Shown here piece by piece: positions 1-15,090 of a DNA stretch of 64,000 bases. Position 1 is the stretch's first letter. Each line of letters begins with the position of its first letter. Both the position numbers and the translations under genes were made by a program. Under the pieces are notes generated by a model. It did not search any database, was not told where the DNA came from, and saw nothing but the letters and a program-made list of their open reading frames with translations. The stretch is from Malacoraja senta (lineage: Eukaryota): assembly GCA_038087875.1 (NCBI GenBank), contig CM075989.1, positions 19,718,001 through 19,782,000 on the forward strand, written 5' to 3'.

Positions 1-2449
1 GAGATGCAAGATTATGGAACGATTGAAATGAGGGGACAAGAGTTTAGAACAAAGGTATTAATATAATTTTATTAGGATTAGATACAATTGCATTCCATGC
101 CCATTAGATTTATGAATTCATTTGATAGTGAAAATTTGAAATTTGATTGTTAAAATGGGATACTTTGTAACTTTATCAGCACCCTTTATGTGGCCACTCT
201 TTGCATACATTAGGTATATAAAACAAAGAATATCACTGTGACATGTCACATGTGACAATAAAATATCATTCATTCATTCATAATAAATTGACAAATAATG
301 CATTTTAATTTAATCAATTGCCAAGCAGAATGAATTATCAGAACAGCTGCTTTTCAGGAATATTTCAGTCAAGAAAGAGTTTATATATTATGTCTCTACG
401 CATCCCAATTTTTTTTTAAATCTGTGCAAGCAACCCACACCACAACAAGCAGAACAATGATGCGAGACAAGTTAATCTGATGTTGGACACAAAGTGCTGG
501 AGGAGATCAGCGGGTCAGGCAGCATCTCCGGAGAACATGGATAGGTGACGTTTTTGGGTCTGGACCCTTCTTCAGACTGATTGTGCTTGGGGAGGGGGGC
601 GGGAGGGGGGGGGGTGGCAAGAAAACTGGGAGAAAGGAGGGCAAGGACCAAGCTTGGCAGGTAATGGGTCGACACAGGCGAGATGGGTTTTTGATAGGTA
701 GTTTGGTTGGAATAAAGTCCAGAGATTAAAGCTTAGTTACCTAAAATTGGGAGAATTCAATGTTCATACCGTTGGGCTGTAAGCTACCCAAGTGGAATAT
801 GAGGTGTTGTTCCTCCATTTTGCTTGTGGCCTCACTCTGGCAGTGGAGGAGGCCAGGACAGCAAGGTCAGTGTGCAAATGGGAAGAGGAGTTAAAATGGT
901 TAGCAACCGGGAGGTCCAGTAGTTCGTTGTGGCCAGCCTGCCATTTAATAAGACCATGACTGGTCTTTCCTGCATAACCTTGGATTATTCTTTGGAGCGC
1001 AGGAGGATGAGGGGTGATTATATAGAGGTGTATAAAATCATGAGAGGAATAGATCAGGTCTCTTGCCCAGAGTAGGTGAATCGAGAACCAGATGAGATAT
1101 GTTTAAGGAGTAGGGTGCAAAGATTTAATAGGTATCTGAGGAGTAACTTTTTCGCACAAAGAGTGGTTGGTGTATGGAACCAGCTGCCAGAGGAGGTAGA
1201 TGAGGCAGGGACTACCCCAGCGTTTATGAAACAGTTAGACAGGGGTACATGGATAGGACAGATTTGGAGGGATATGGGCCAAACACGGGCTGGTGGGATT
1301 CATGTAGCTGGGACATGTTCGTCGGTGTGGGCAAGTTGGGCCGAAGGGCCTGTTTCCACACTACATCACTCTATGACTCTAACTTCATACTCTTAAATTG
1401 CCTTAACAGGCGAGGGAGGGGGGGGGGGGGTTGATTAGCAAATGGTTAGACAAAGGCCCAGAGATGAAAAGTAGACAAAAGGCTGTGAGATAAGGAGAAA
1501 AGAGTGTGATTTGTGAGGCCAGAGGAAGGGATATTGGTGGAAGCAATAATCTAATGGCTCGACCTAGTCAAGAGCAAACATGGCAACGGATAATGAAAAT
1601 GGCTGACTTTACGCTGGTATTATTATAAAAATAAATAATAAAAAATAAAAAATGGATTTTATTGTCACAAACTATGTAAGACACTCTTCTATCACCAACC
1701 AGAACATTTTAATTGGAAGAGTCAATAGAACTGCAGAATTCTTATGTTAAAATATACTTTATGTAATAAACTGGGGAATTATTATTAATTACATCTATCA
1801 CAGTCACAAGTTTTCTTTCCCCTTTATTTTAATGCCCTTTTAATGCAAAACCTTCCAGTCAACTTGTGGTGAATATATTTTTTTTATTTTCATATCATAA
1901 ATTTTCAACTGATTTATCTAATTAAATCACCGGATAAGACTTAATTTTATTTCCCTCCACTGATATCACAAAACATTTAATCATGAAAACAATGAAGATG
2001 GTCAAATTATGGTATAGCCTGTTCTTCTATCAGTTACTGGTGAAATTATTGTAGCTTAGTTTAGAAATCCAGCGCGGAAACAGGCCATTTGGCCCACTTA
2101 GTCCGCACCGACAAGCAAGCCCCGCACATTAACACAATGCTACTCACTCACACAAGTGACAATTTACAAATTTACCATAGCCAATTAACCTACAAACCTG
2201 TACGTCTACAGAGGAAAACCCATGTAGGTCACGGGGAGAAAGTACAAACTCCGTACAGACAGCATCCGTAGTCAGGATCGAACCTGGGTCTCTGGCGCTG
2301 TGAGGCAGCAAATCTACCGCTGTGCCACTATGCCACCCATATTGTGTACCTTCAGCATTTCCCAATATGGATTTGCATAACCGAGCATGCTTGAGAGTTG
2401 CAAAAATAAAAACGACATGGATATTTAGCAAAATGCGAACCATTCTTTA

Positions 2450-2900
2450 CGAGAATGATCCAGGGGATGATTGGGTTAACGTACGATGAGCGTTTGATGG
2501 CACTGGGCCTGTACTCGCTGGAATTTATAAAGATGTGAGGGGGGGAAGGACCTAATTGAAACTTACCAAAGAGAGATTGGCCTGGGCAGAGTGAATGTGG
2601 AGAGAATGTGGGAGAGTCTAGGACCAGAGACCATAGCCTCAGAATAAAATGACGTACCTTTAGAAAGGAGAAGGGGAGGAATTTCTTTAGGCAGAGGGTG
2701 GTGAATCTGTGGAATTCATTGCCACAGAAAGCTGTGGAGGCCGAGTCAATGAAGGCGGAGATTGACAGATCACGTTTAGTACGGGTGTCAGAGATTATGG
2801 GGAGAAGGCAGAATGGGGTTGAGAGGGAAAGATAGATCAGCCATGGTTAAATGGCGGAGTAGACTCGATGGGCTGAATGGCCTAATTCTGCTCCTACAAC
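2450..2900 (+). mobile_element. CR1-type LINE 3' fragment (representative; similar pieces at about 985-1380, 11155-11865, 35170-35700, 36290-36770, 43970-44260, 60030-60750)
   Basis: Degenerate YDERL..LGLYSLEF / RVVNLWNSLP coding remnants and the shared 3' UTR; boundaries approximate. Confidence 0.75.
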
Positions 2901-3670
2901 GTGAACAGATACGAGGTGGTGTTCCTCCATTTTGTATGTGACCTCACTCTGGCAATGGAGGAGGCCCAAGACAGCTAGGTCAGTGTGGGATCGGGAACGC
3001 GAGTTAAAATGATGGGCTGCGGGGTGCTTTACAAACTCTGTTTATTCCTCTCCATCACCAATAAATTATTGAACAATGTCACAATCAAATTTCAACAACC
3101 AACCGTACAAGTTATTCACTACAAGTGAAGAAGTGGGCCTCAGTGTGTGTATAATACACCTTTGAAAGTCATACAAATTGGCAAGTGGCTGAAATGGTGG
3201 GGCAGCTTTGACAGTTTTTATTCATTTACAGCCTTGGGCACCAAATCAACAACCAGCTACAATTACTGAAGGGGTCCATTTTCAGGGTAGTTTTTTTTTG
3301 CTGACATTTTCAATTTTAACTCATCGAAACAAACAAAATAATATCGCAAAAATAATCAGTTCTTACTTAATAGTGGCCCAGACAGTGTCAGTCAGAGGGC
3401 GTTAAGTGAGGCATGAAACCAAAGGGCCGTCCACTCTCCCAGGTGGCTTAAAAGATTGATCGACTGAATGATACAGCATGGAAACAAGTCCTTCGGCCCA
3501 CCGAGTCCACACCGACCATCGATCACCCGTCTACACCAGTTCTATGTTGTCCCACTTTCCCATCCACACCCAATGCACTGGGGGCAATTTACAGTGGGAT
3601 GTGGGAGGATACCGGAGCGCCCAGGTAATCCATGCCGTCACAGTGAGAACGTGCAAACTCCACACAGAGT

Positions 3671-4556
3671 TATAGGGAGGTTTCACGGCAGTCGGGTCAC
3701 GACCCATGACCCGTACTGTTGCTACGCTACGCCAAATGGATTACACGCGATGAACTGCAGGTAAGTACTTACCATTGTTTCCAGCGTAGCGGGCCCGTTA
3801 AAACCCGCCGAAATTGTCAATTTTTGCGCTGTAAATAATTATGGAAATCGGGATAAGCGTGAGAGACATTTAGCCAACTTCAGAATTCCAAAAGTGAGGA
3901 GAAATGACGGTAGATAGAAGCGAGGAGAGTGCTTGTCGAACATTGGCCGTTTGCTCACTGCATTTCATCAACTAAGGCATTATTTGTGTTTTTTCTTGAT
4001 TCCTTTGGCATCTAAAAAGTTTCAGAATGGATAAATCTGGCTGTAAAATGTTAAAATCGCCCATGGTTCTCAAGTGGGTTTTTACATACAAAAATAAAAC
4101 GCCTCTAAAGCAAAATTTACAGCCAGATTTATCACTTCTGAGACTTTTTAGATACCAAAGGAATCAAGAAAAACCCCAAATAATGCCTTATTGTTGATGA
4201 AATGCAGTGAGCAAACGCGATAAATCCCAATATTTTCCATTCTGATATCTGCACGGCCAATGTCCGCCAAGCACTTTAGCTGCTGTTGTCCCTTCAGCTC
4301 TCGCTTCTCTTTCCCTTCATTTCGCTTCACTTTTGGAATTCTGAAGTTGGGTACATGTCTCTCACACTTACCCCGACTTCCACAATTTTTTACAGCAAAA
4401 AAAATTCAACATTTTGGCGTTTTTTAACAGGTAGGAAAGTACGCGTTTCTAGCATTAATAACATATACCGGAAGTTACGGATGTCCTCCAGATGGATTGA
4501 GTGGCTCCGTGCGTTAAGCCCTATGACCCTGTGACCTTACGTGCAACCCCCCTATA
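3671..4556. mobile_element. Non-autonomous foldback DNA element (superfamily unassigned)
   Basis: Terminal inverted repeats tatagggaggtttcacg / cgtgcaacccccctata (2 mismatches in 17), plus a long internal imperfect palindrome from about 3795-4048 to about 4113-4431; no coding capacity. Confidence 0.8.
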
Positions 4557-6266
4557 CAACTGTGGAATTCTCTGCCTCAGAGGGCGGTGGAGGCCGGTTC
4601 TCTGGATACTTTCAAGAGAGAGCTAGATAGGGCTCTTAAAGATAGTGCAGTCAGGGGATATGAGGAGAAGGCAGGAACGGGGTACTGATTGTGGATGATC
4701 AGCCATGATCACATTAAATGGCGGTGCTGGCTCGAAGGGCCGAATGGCCTACTCCTGCACCTATTGTCTATTGAACGGGTGATTGGTGGTCGGCATGGAC
4801 ACGGTGGGCCAAAGGGCCTGTTTCCATCCTGTATCTTTCAATCAAATGAACACAAGCCACAACTCAACACACCAACCGCTGCACTCACTAATAATACAAA
4901 AACAGAAAATGCTGCAATCATTCACCAGTCCAGGCCACATCTCTGAAAAGATTTAGCATTTCTGATCAAACACCCTTCATCAATATTGTTTGTGCCATTT
5001 AACTTAATCGGGAAATAAGTGGACAGAAGGATATGATTAGCTAACACTATAACAGAGCAGCATTACGCACGACCTGTGTTGGCCAGCATTCTTTTGTTCT
5101 TTTGCAATGCACTCATGGAAAATTTGTGCACATCTCAGAATTAAATTAACCCTTTAAATTAACCCTTCATCAAAGAAAGCCTCGCTAGCAACTGTGCGAG
5201 TGGAGCAAATGAATGCAACACAGTAAAATCGAGAAATCCAGTCTGAAGAAGGGTCTCGACCAGAAACGTCACCTATTCCTTTTGTCCAGAGATGCTGCCT
5301 GTCCCGCTGAGTTACTCCAGCATTTTGTGTTTATATTCGGTGTAATTTTAAACCAGCATCTGCAGTTCCTTCCTAAACACTTTAAATACTCAGCCTGAGC
5401 TTTGCAGCTCTGAAATCTACTCCACCTTACTCGTTTGAGAAGTGATTTACATCTATATATTTTTTTTTAAGCTGGAGTGCTCCAATTTAAAACAAAGGAG
5501 ATCTATACACATGTGGAAAGGACGTTAACAGCTTTTAACAATATTGAACAGATAAGGTTAACTCCATAGTCCTTACACACAGCAACACAATATTAAGTAC
5601 CCATAAGTGTCTCGAACATTAATAGCGTGTATTTTATGCTTTTGTACCAAAAAAAGCCCCACAGGCTTTGGAGCAGATGATTGGAAACAAAATGTACTTT
5701 TATATAACAATAAGGTTTCTACAACCGAGTTTAGATTCCCACATTTTTCTCTCGAAATCCATAGAATCATACCTAACCATCGTACCCTCTGTAAGAAAGT
5801 ATCTGGTATCTATTTTAAAATGCAGGGCACAACTTTAAGCATGTTGCTTTCAATAAGGGACACAATGATCCAAGGTCTCACAATCAATCCTATCGGGAGA
5901 AGAATCTTTCAGAATTTTTTTTTTAATGCAAGGAGAAGACGGCAGTTTTCAATAGGCAGTAGTCGATCATGGCTCCTGGTCACTCAGTCCAATTGAACAG
6001 GCGTCATTTATCAACAGTTACTGATGAAGTTCATCGTCTGGGCAGCAGGAACTCAGAGCACATCGACCCATTGTGCCCTTTCTAACAAAGCCATTTCACA
6101 GTTACTGCACCTTACTCCTGCAAACGTATAAAATCTACGCCAGCTTGCAGGAACCTAAGATAATAGAGTTAGTTATCCAGAAAATATGAACTCAACACAC
6201 GAAAGCAGACATATAAATGCAAGAGGAATCATTGCGAGATTTTTTTATGTACAACTGTACTATATT

Positions 6267-6622
6267 TCACACACATATATACAAACACACACACATACAT
6301 ACATGTACACACATACATGCACACACATAAACACACATACATGCACACACATATACACACACATGCACACACATATAAACACATACATACACACACATAT
6401 ATTCATATACACACATAAACACACACACATACACATAAACACACACACACATACATATATAAACACACACACACATATACATACACACACATATATGCAC
6501 ACATAAACATATACACACACATAAACACACATACACATATAAACACACACACACACATATACATACACACACATATATGCACACATGAACATATACACAC
6601 ACATAAACACACACACACACAC
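6267..6622. repeat. Compound (CA)/(TA) microsatellite
   Basis: About 350 bp of interrupted CA/TA dinucleotide repeats. Confidence 0.95.
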
Positions 6623-8100
6623 AAAATTTTGAATGCCCAGAATAATTCAGTTTACACCACCTTGATTCTGGATTAAACATACTTTCAGGAGATGGGTTAT
6701 TAAATACACACCCAATCTTTGCATTTAGAAAACCCGAGGCTACCGAACGTATTTAGAGAAATCAGTGACCACTGTGACCTTGACCCGAGCCACACTATAG
6801 CCTCCAGCAAATGAAAGGCAAGCACAGGATTTATCAGCAGGGCCACATTTGCCCACTCAAATCTAATTCTGACCAGTGACCTGGAGAAAAATAGAGGGAG
6901 AGACAATGATAGCAACAGTAAATCACTAATATTTGCAAGGACAAAGGGGTGAAAATGAAGGAATTATGATGGTGTATAACAAATAAGTCATGGATGACAA
7001 TGGGTGAGCTTTAAAGAAAATCTTTAAACCCTTAACATGCTTGATCTCTGAAACAGTGCACATTCCAGGGGTTACTAAATTGTCCTTGGATGCATGCACT
7101 AAAAGCAGAGGAGAGTCGTGCTAAGTGTTGTGCTCTGGTTCCAAATTTCAGCACCTCCGATGTCAATGTAAACGAATTTCAGAAGCAAAGTTCAATACAT
7201 GCACATGTGGTCAAAGACAGCTCTCTGTCCTTTGCATTTTATAACCCTTTCTCAAGATTGCAAGGGGTTAGATTGTAGTCAGTAATTTTATTTCCCCCCC
7301 ACATGTGTTGCTTGCTGTCATTGCAAATGCAGCACATCTATTAAGGGACTATTGATGAAAGAAGATTCAGGTGCATGTGGACTCAAGAGGCACTTTACTC
7401 ACACCAGTCCGTTCATCAAGCCAATCTTAGGCAGAATGGGACTTGTAACACTACACTGCAGACAGAGTCATACAGGACGAGCAGGCCCTTCAGCCCAACT
7501 CATCCATACTGACCAAGATGCCCCCAAGTAAGCTAGACCCATTTATTCACGTTTGGCCCTTATACTTAAACCGATACAGCATGGAAACAGGACCTTCGGC
7601 CCAAATTGTCCACACAGGCCATCATTTCCCAGCTACACTAGTCCCATTTGCCTGCATTTGGCCCATATCCCTCCAAACATATCCTATCCATGTACCTGTC
7701 TAAGAAGAAGGGTTACGACGCGAAACGTCACACATGCCTTCTCTCCAGAGATGCTGCCTGTCCCGCTGAGTTACTCCAGCTATTTTTGTCTATAAATGTA
7801 TCTGTCTAATTGGTGTTATAATACCTCCCTCAACTACCTCCTCTTGGCATACCCATCACCCTCTGTGAGAAAAATACTGCCCTTCAGGTTCCTATTAAAT
7901 CTTTCCCCTCTCACCTTAAACCTATGTCCTTTGGTTCTTGATTCCCCTACCCTGGGGAACAGTCTCTGTGCATTCACATTATCAATTATACCTAAATGAA
8001 TTTCACTGTACCTCGGTACAGGTGACAATAACGTACCATTCAACCATTGAAAAGTAAATGATCTCTTAAGTCAGAGGTTCACTTTGATTTCTGCAGGTTA

Positions 8101-8417
8101 TAGTTTAGTTTAGTTTAGAGATACAGCGCAGAGACAGGCCCTTCGGCCCACCGAGTCCGCACCGACCAGCGATCCCCGTGCACTAGCATTATCCTACACA
8201 TATTTGGGGACAATTTACGATTTTTTTTTAACAAAGCCGAAATAACCTACAAACCTGTACGACTTTGGAGTGTGGGAGGAAACCGGAGCACCTGGAGAAA
8301 ACCCTCGCAGGTCGCGGGGAGAATGTACAGACTCCGTACAGACAGCACCCGTAGTCAGGATTGAACCCGGGTCTCTGGCGATGTAAGGCAGCAACATTAC
8401 CGCTGTGCCACTGTGCA
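8101..8417 (-). mobile_element. V/HE1-type SINE
   Basis: Same consensus as 41856-42158, reverse orientation. Confidence 0.85.
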
Positions 8418-11400
8418 GCTTAGAGTTGAACATGTGGTTATAGTATGATATTTAAAGTAATATTGAGTGTGATACAGGGTAAAACTACCTGACTTCAATG
8501 CAGCGTCAATATTCTGAGCTACCAAATCAAGTTGGCAACATGAACTGAGAGCACAATAAAAGAGAAGAGGTGTAAAGACCCTCTGTGAGGTATTCCGATA
8601 CCACTGCAGTTCACAACCAGTGTAAGTTCTCTGAAATGTGGCTGCCAGCCAAACTTTAAAAGCTCTTTTGTTTAAACTAGCATACTGTACGTAATATTAG
8701 CACAGTTCTTTAATCCCTTCAGCACTTGCCAGAGAAAAAAAAATCAGAAGTGGGACAAGCTTCAGGGAATGTGTGCTGAATATCATTATTGGGTGACAAT
8801 GAAAACTGAGTTGATATAATTTAGGCCTCCCAACCCATGTCAAATACTGCTGACACTGCAACTCAATCGCACAAAAGGACGTTTTGAAGAGCTGGAGGCG
8901 AGAAAAGACTTTGGTAATCAGGGCCGGCCACAAATGACTTCAGGCAGGGCGGTACCTGTTGGCCGGGGTGGGTGTGATCTCAGGAGGCAAACAATGTGGA
9001 GAACTGTGGTACTGGTAAAATGACTAGGGTGGAGGAAGGGGGCAGAGTGGTCGGGAGATGGAAGGGAAGTGCAAGTAGAAGTTACAGAAAATTGGAGAAT
9101 TCAATGTTCATGCGGCTGGGTTGTAAACTGCTCGAGCAAAACATTAGTTGCCATACCGCTACCCAAGCGAAACCTCCTATCTCACATATTGCTCTCCACG
9201 TTCTCCAGAGATGCTGCCTGACCCCAGTGAGTTACTCCAGCACTTTGTGTCCTTTTGTGTAAACCAGCTCCTGTAGTATCTTGTTTTTGCCTTAATCACA
9301 CGTCTGTGTAGTCGTTTCTGGATCTGGATGTAGTACGCTGAAAAGCTCTAGGTAGAGCATCACGCCGCACTTTTTTAACGCTATCCCACACCCACTAGGG
9401 ACAATTTTTACATTTACCAAGCCAAAATAACCTACAAACCTGCACGTCTTTGGAGTGTGGGAGGAAACTGAAGATCTCGGAAAAAACCCACGCAGGTCAC
9501 GGGGAGAACGTGCAAACTCTGTACAGACAGCACCTGTAGTCGGGATCGAACCCGGGCGCTGCATTCGCTGTAAGGCAGCAACTCTACCGCTGTGCCACCA
9601 TGCCACCGTTTACGGCAGACAATATCATCAAAGACCCACACCACCCTGGCCACGCTCTCACCTTGCCTCTCCCAATAGCAGGAAGTACAGGAGCCTGAAA
9701 ACCATGACCACCAGGTTCAAGAACAGCTTCTTCCCAACAACCATCAGGCTCTTGAATACTACACAACACTAAGCTCAGCAACTATGGTCCACATTGGACT
9801 TAGCTTTGGTTACACCACAAGCTTTGGTTTTTGCACTATTGTGGTTCCCGAGTATTACGATTATTCATTTACGGCATTATTGATTATTGCATGTTTATTT
9901 GTGTGTCATCGCATTAACGGGCCATGTTAAGCTGCAGAAAGTAAAGATTTAATTCTTCTGTTGTGGGTACATATGGCAATTAAACACTCTTGATATTCTA
10001 CCCTGGTAACGCACACCTCCAGATTCAGTAACAGTTTCTTCTCAGCTGTTATCAGGCAACTGAACCATCCTATCACCAACTAGAGAACAGTCCTGAACTA
10101 CTATCTACCTCATTGGAGACCCTCGGACTATCTTTGATCGAACTTTATTGGCTTTATCTTGCACTAAACGTTATTCCCTTTATCATAACAGTATCTGTAC
10201 ACCATGGCTGGCTCGATTGTAATCATGTATTGTCTTTCCACTGACTGGTTAGCACGCAACAAAAGCTTTTCACTGTACCTCGGTACACGTGACAATAAAC
10301 TAAACTCAACTAAATACCATTTCTTCCTCTCAATGTTGCGGGTGATAAAAAGAATTGATAATTGATAAAAGAAATCTCCAATCAAATCAGTTGTACCACA
10401 TCAACGTGGCATTTGTAAAGTCAAAACAAATCTCAATTACAGAAAAAAAGTGTTCCTTAAATACAGACTGAATAGATTGTGTTCAGTTGTGGTCATCCTG
10501 CTGTAGGGAAGATGCCATTAAATATAGAAGGTAGACAAAAATGCTGGAGAAACTTAACGGGTGAGGCAGCATCTATGGAGCAAAGGAATAGGCGACGTTT
10601 CCTATTCCTACAAACGTCGCCTATTCCTTCGCTCCATAGATGCTGCCTCACCCACTGAGTTTCTCCAGTATTTTTGTCTACCTTAGATTTTTCCAGCCGC
10701 TGCAGTTCTTTCTTAAACATTGAATAGAGAAGATTTATGAGAATGTTGCCAGGACCTGAGGGCCAGAGCAATGGGGTTGGGCGGGCTTGGACTTTATTGG
10801 ACTTTATTTCTTGGAGCACAGGAGGCTGAGAAGTGTGTAAAATCATGAAGTGCATAGGACACAAGTATAAGGTGAGAAGGAAAAGATTTACAAGGAACCT
10901 GAGGGGCAGGTTTTTTTTTTACACAGAGGGAGGTGGGTATATGGAAAGAGCTGCCAGAGGTGGTAGTTGAGGCAGGTGCTGCAAAGCCACTTAAAAGCCA
11001 CTTTGGACAGGTACATGGATATTTACAGGGCAATTTACAGAAGCCAATTAGCCAGAAACCCACACATCATTCCACCCTTCGGCAAACACAAAACCCATGT
11101 GGGCACAGGAAGAACGTGCAAACTCCACACAGACAGCACCCAAGGTCAAGGCCAGGAATGAGTGGGTTAACATATGATGAGCGTTTGAAGGCACTGGGCC
11201 TCTACTCGCTGGAGCTTAGAAGAATGAGGGGCGACCTCTTTGAAACGTTTTGAATAGTGAAAGGCCAGGATAGAGTGGATGTGGAGAGGATGTTTCCACT
11301 GGTGGGAGTCTAGGACCAGAGGTCATAGCCTCAGAAATAGAGGAAGTTCACCGAGTCCACGCCGACCAGCGATCCCCTACACCCACTAGGGACAATTTTT

Positions 11401-14400
11401 ACATTTACCAAGCCAATTAACCTAGAAACCTGTACGTCTTTGGTGTGGGAAGAAACCGAAGATCTCGGAGAAAACCCACGCAGGTCAAGGGGAGAATGTA
11501 CAAACTCCGTTCAGACAGCACCCGTGGTCGGGATCGAACCCGGGACTCCGCCACTGCATTCGCTGTAAGGCCGCAACTCTACCGCTGTGCCACCATGACC
11601 GCCCTAGGAAGGAGATGAGGAGGAATTTCTTTAGCCAGAGGGTGGTGAATCTGTGGAATTCATTGCCACAGTAGGCTGGGGAGGCCAAGTCAATGGATAT
11701 TTAAGGCAGAGGTAGATAGATTCTTGAGTAGTACAGGAGTGTCAGTGGTTGTGGGCAGAGGGCAGGAGAATGGGGTTAGGAGGGAGAGACAGATCAGCCA
11801 TGATTGAATGGTGGGGTAGAACTGATGGGCCGAATGGCCTAAAATTCTTCTCCTATCACTTGTGAACTATGAGGGCAGAACCCGTGTTTCTGGCATTGCG
11901 AGGCAGCAGCTCTACCAACTGTGCCACTCTGGGCCACTTTTCTTCTTGTCAAGGAATTCTGGAAAAACTGATGCCCCTCAGGGTTGTCGTTACAAAGCAA
12001 CAACTAATTTTCTGGAAGTGAAGAAATATTCAATCAATTTTTTTTTTTTTTTTTTGTTCGCCTGACTTTTGAGTTTTGCAGACACAAAATGCCACAGTGT
12101 CCCTGCCACTTAAACAATCCACTACGAGACAGTCATTACTCACTCGTGACTGTGTCGCTCACAAGCTATCTGGTCGGCATCAGTGGTGAAATATCCATCA
12201 TTTGTATTATGATCACCTCTGACATACCCTTAGAATTTTAATTAAAACTATTCCTGAAGGCCACATAAAATACTATTCCACTATGAAATTAATTAAATGT
12301 TAAACAACTAATATGACATGCACCAGTTTGAGGAACATAAATGCACAACAGATAATATCCATGTTAAAATGGCTGGAAGTAGATTTCTCTGCTCAGCGTA
12401 CACAGGGCAAGGCAATAAATCAAGACGAGTATTGACTAATGTAACTGGTTACATTACAAGATGTCACAGCTCTTAATTGGATGGGGGTAGAAAATCATCA
12501 AGGAGAATTTGCACAAATGACTCTCTGTACTCGATCTTGATAAACAGTTCACAATGCTTTCAGGACAGTAACTGAACACACTACTTGGAAATGTTAATCT
12601 TTCAGTACTAGGACCCCTGTGTTGAAACACCATCCATTTTGAAGATTTAGTTTAGTTTAGTTTAGAGATACAGCGCGGAAACAGGCCCTTCGGCCCGCCG
12701 AGTTCTCGCCGACTAGCGGTTCCCTGCACATTAACACTACCTTACACACACGGGCGCTGTGAGGCAGCAGCACTACCAGCTGCACCACTGTGGCGTGAAC
12801 TCCATGAGTAAAAAGTGGTTGCTAAGGACCCACTGATATATCAGTCACCAGCTCCTTTTAATCCCCTCCAAATCTACCAAGAAAGTGGATTTGTGAGTTT
12901 TTACACTATATGTTTAAATTGCTAGGTTACATACACACCAAATGATATCAATAGAAAATCTTGCATTGCTGTTCTATCTTATCGAACCGTAACATTTTAA
13001 ATTCTTCACAATAAATTATCTTGAAGAGCAGTTTTATTGTTGTAGCTCACAGTTCCACAGACAAAGTCCAATGTCCACTGTGGGGCAGTGGTGAATCAGA
13101 CTGTATCCTACCTAAACACAAAATGCTGGCGTAACTCATTGGGAAAGGCAGCATTTCTGGAGAGAAGGAATGGGTGACGTTTCGGGTCGAGACCCTTCTT
13201 CGGACTGAGTAATAAGCTGAGTACCCTAGCTTATGGAAGGACCGTTCAGAAGCCTGACAACAGAGGGGAAGAATCTGTTTCCAAATCTGGTGGTACGTGC
13301 TTGCAAGCACCTGTCTGATGGGAGGAGGAGGAGGGAGGAATGATTGGGGTGGAACAACTCTTTGATTATGTTAACTTCAGGAGTGGCATAGTGGCGCCAC
13401 AGTAAAGTTTCTGCCTTACAGCGCCAGAGACTTTGGTTCGATCCTGACTACAGGTGCTGTCTGCACGGAGTTTGTACGTTTTCCCTGTGACCGCGTGGGT
13501 TTTCTTCGGGTCCTCTAGTTTCATCCCATACTACAAAGCCATACAGATTGGAGATTAAATATGGAGGAAGGAACTACAGATGCTGGTTTATACCAAAGAC
13601 AGACACAAAATGCTAGAGTTACTCAGCTGGTCAAGCAGCATCTCTGGAGAACAGGAAAAGGTGATGTTTCGGGTCAGAACCCTTCATCAGTCCTGTCATT
13701 AGTCTAATGAAGGGTTGTGACCCAAAATGTCACCTACTCCTTTTCTCCAGAGGCTTATAGGTTAATTGGCTTCGGTAAAAAAAGGGTAAAATGTCTCTAG
13801 TGTACGGGGGGTGATCGCTGGTCGAAGGAGACTCGATGGGCTGAAGGGCCTGTTTCCGCTCTGTATCTCTAAAGTAAACTAAAGTTCAGCTGTGTTGTAA
13901 CTGAAAGTCGTTTCACTCCTGAACTTCAGTATTCCTACTTACAGAAAACAAATTCCTTAACTATCAATGTAATTGTCAAGTTAAGATTCTTTTAAACGAT
14001 TTCCTAATTATAAAGACAAAACAAATTGGACAGGTACAGTCACACCCACTGAGTCCAAGTGTGAAAGAGGGCTGAAATAAAGATTGCAGCCCGCCAATAA
14101 TCAGGGCTGATTTAAAATTGTTCATGAGATTCTCAACAGATTTTATAATTAGACAAGTACAGCGTTAGAGCTACTGCCTTACTGCACCAGAGACCGAGGT
14201 TCGATCCAGACTATGGGTGCTGTCTCTGTGGACTTTGTACGTTTTCCCTGTGACCGTGTGGGTTTTCTCCGGGTGCTCCAGTTTCCTCCCACTGTCCAAA
14301 GACGTACAGGTTTGTGGGTTAATTGGCTTCTGTATAATTGCAAATTGTCCCTACTGTGTAGGATAGTGCTAGTGCATGGGGTGACCGCTGGTCAGCACAG

Positions 14401-14880
14401 ACTCTGTGGGCCAAAGTTACTGCTTCCACACTGTATCTCAAAAGCCTAAAGTAAGCCTGCGTTTGGCCTATATCCCCCCAATCCTGTCCTATCCATGTAC
14501 CTGTCCAATTGCTTCCTAAACTTAGGAATAGTACCTGCCTCAATTACCTACTTGTTCCATACACCCACCACCATTGTGTAAAAAAGTAACCTCTCAGGTT
14601 CTTATTAAATCTTTCCTCCCTCACCTTAGGCGTTTGCCCTCCAGTTCTCGATTCCCCTACCCTGGGACAAAAGACCGTATGCATTCACCCTATCTTTTCC
14701 CTTATTATGTTATACACCCAACCTCCTTCCTGCACTCCAAGGATTAAAGTCCTTGCCTGTCCAACCTCTCCCCTCAGCTCAGCCTCTTGTGTACTGGCAA
14801 CATCCACCTAAATATTCTCTGTACTATCCACTGAAATCCTCTCTCCCCTCTCTAGATAGTTTTAAAGCAGAGATATATAT

Positions 14881-14942
14881 ATTTTACTTCGGAGTCACGT
14901 GAGTGACTACGTGAAGAACCCCGCCAGTGTGCCTGCGCGTCA
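14881..14942 (+). repeat. DIRS left inverted terminal repeat
   Basis: 14881-14917 is the reverse complement of 19148-19184 (1 mismatch); 14908-14942 is the reverse complement of 19385-19419 (1 mismatch). Confidence 0.93.
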
Positions 14943-15090
14943 TTACGTCAGACGCCTTGACGCAAACGGACGTGAGGAGCAGAGCTCCTCCAGTGGTTTG
15001 TAGTTTTTCAACTACAAGGTAAGTAACAACTTTTTCATGTTTTCCAGGTCCGTTTACTGTGGGTCTGTGGGGATTTTTTCCACAGACGCC

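Noticed and set aside
6186..6680. Several 70-140 aa ORFs rich in CV/HT/YM
   Set aside because: Translations of the CA/TA microsatellite, not genes.
6700..6905. Strong minus-strand acceptor (ctctatttttctccag at about 6881) as the next WDR72 exon
   Set aside because: The required phase-1 frame hits a stop and no frame resembles the expected TLERH-like peptide. I found no convincing exon 13 in 1-28434.
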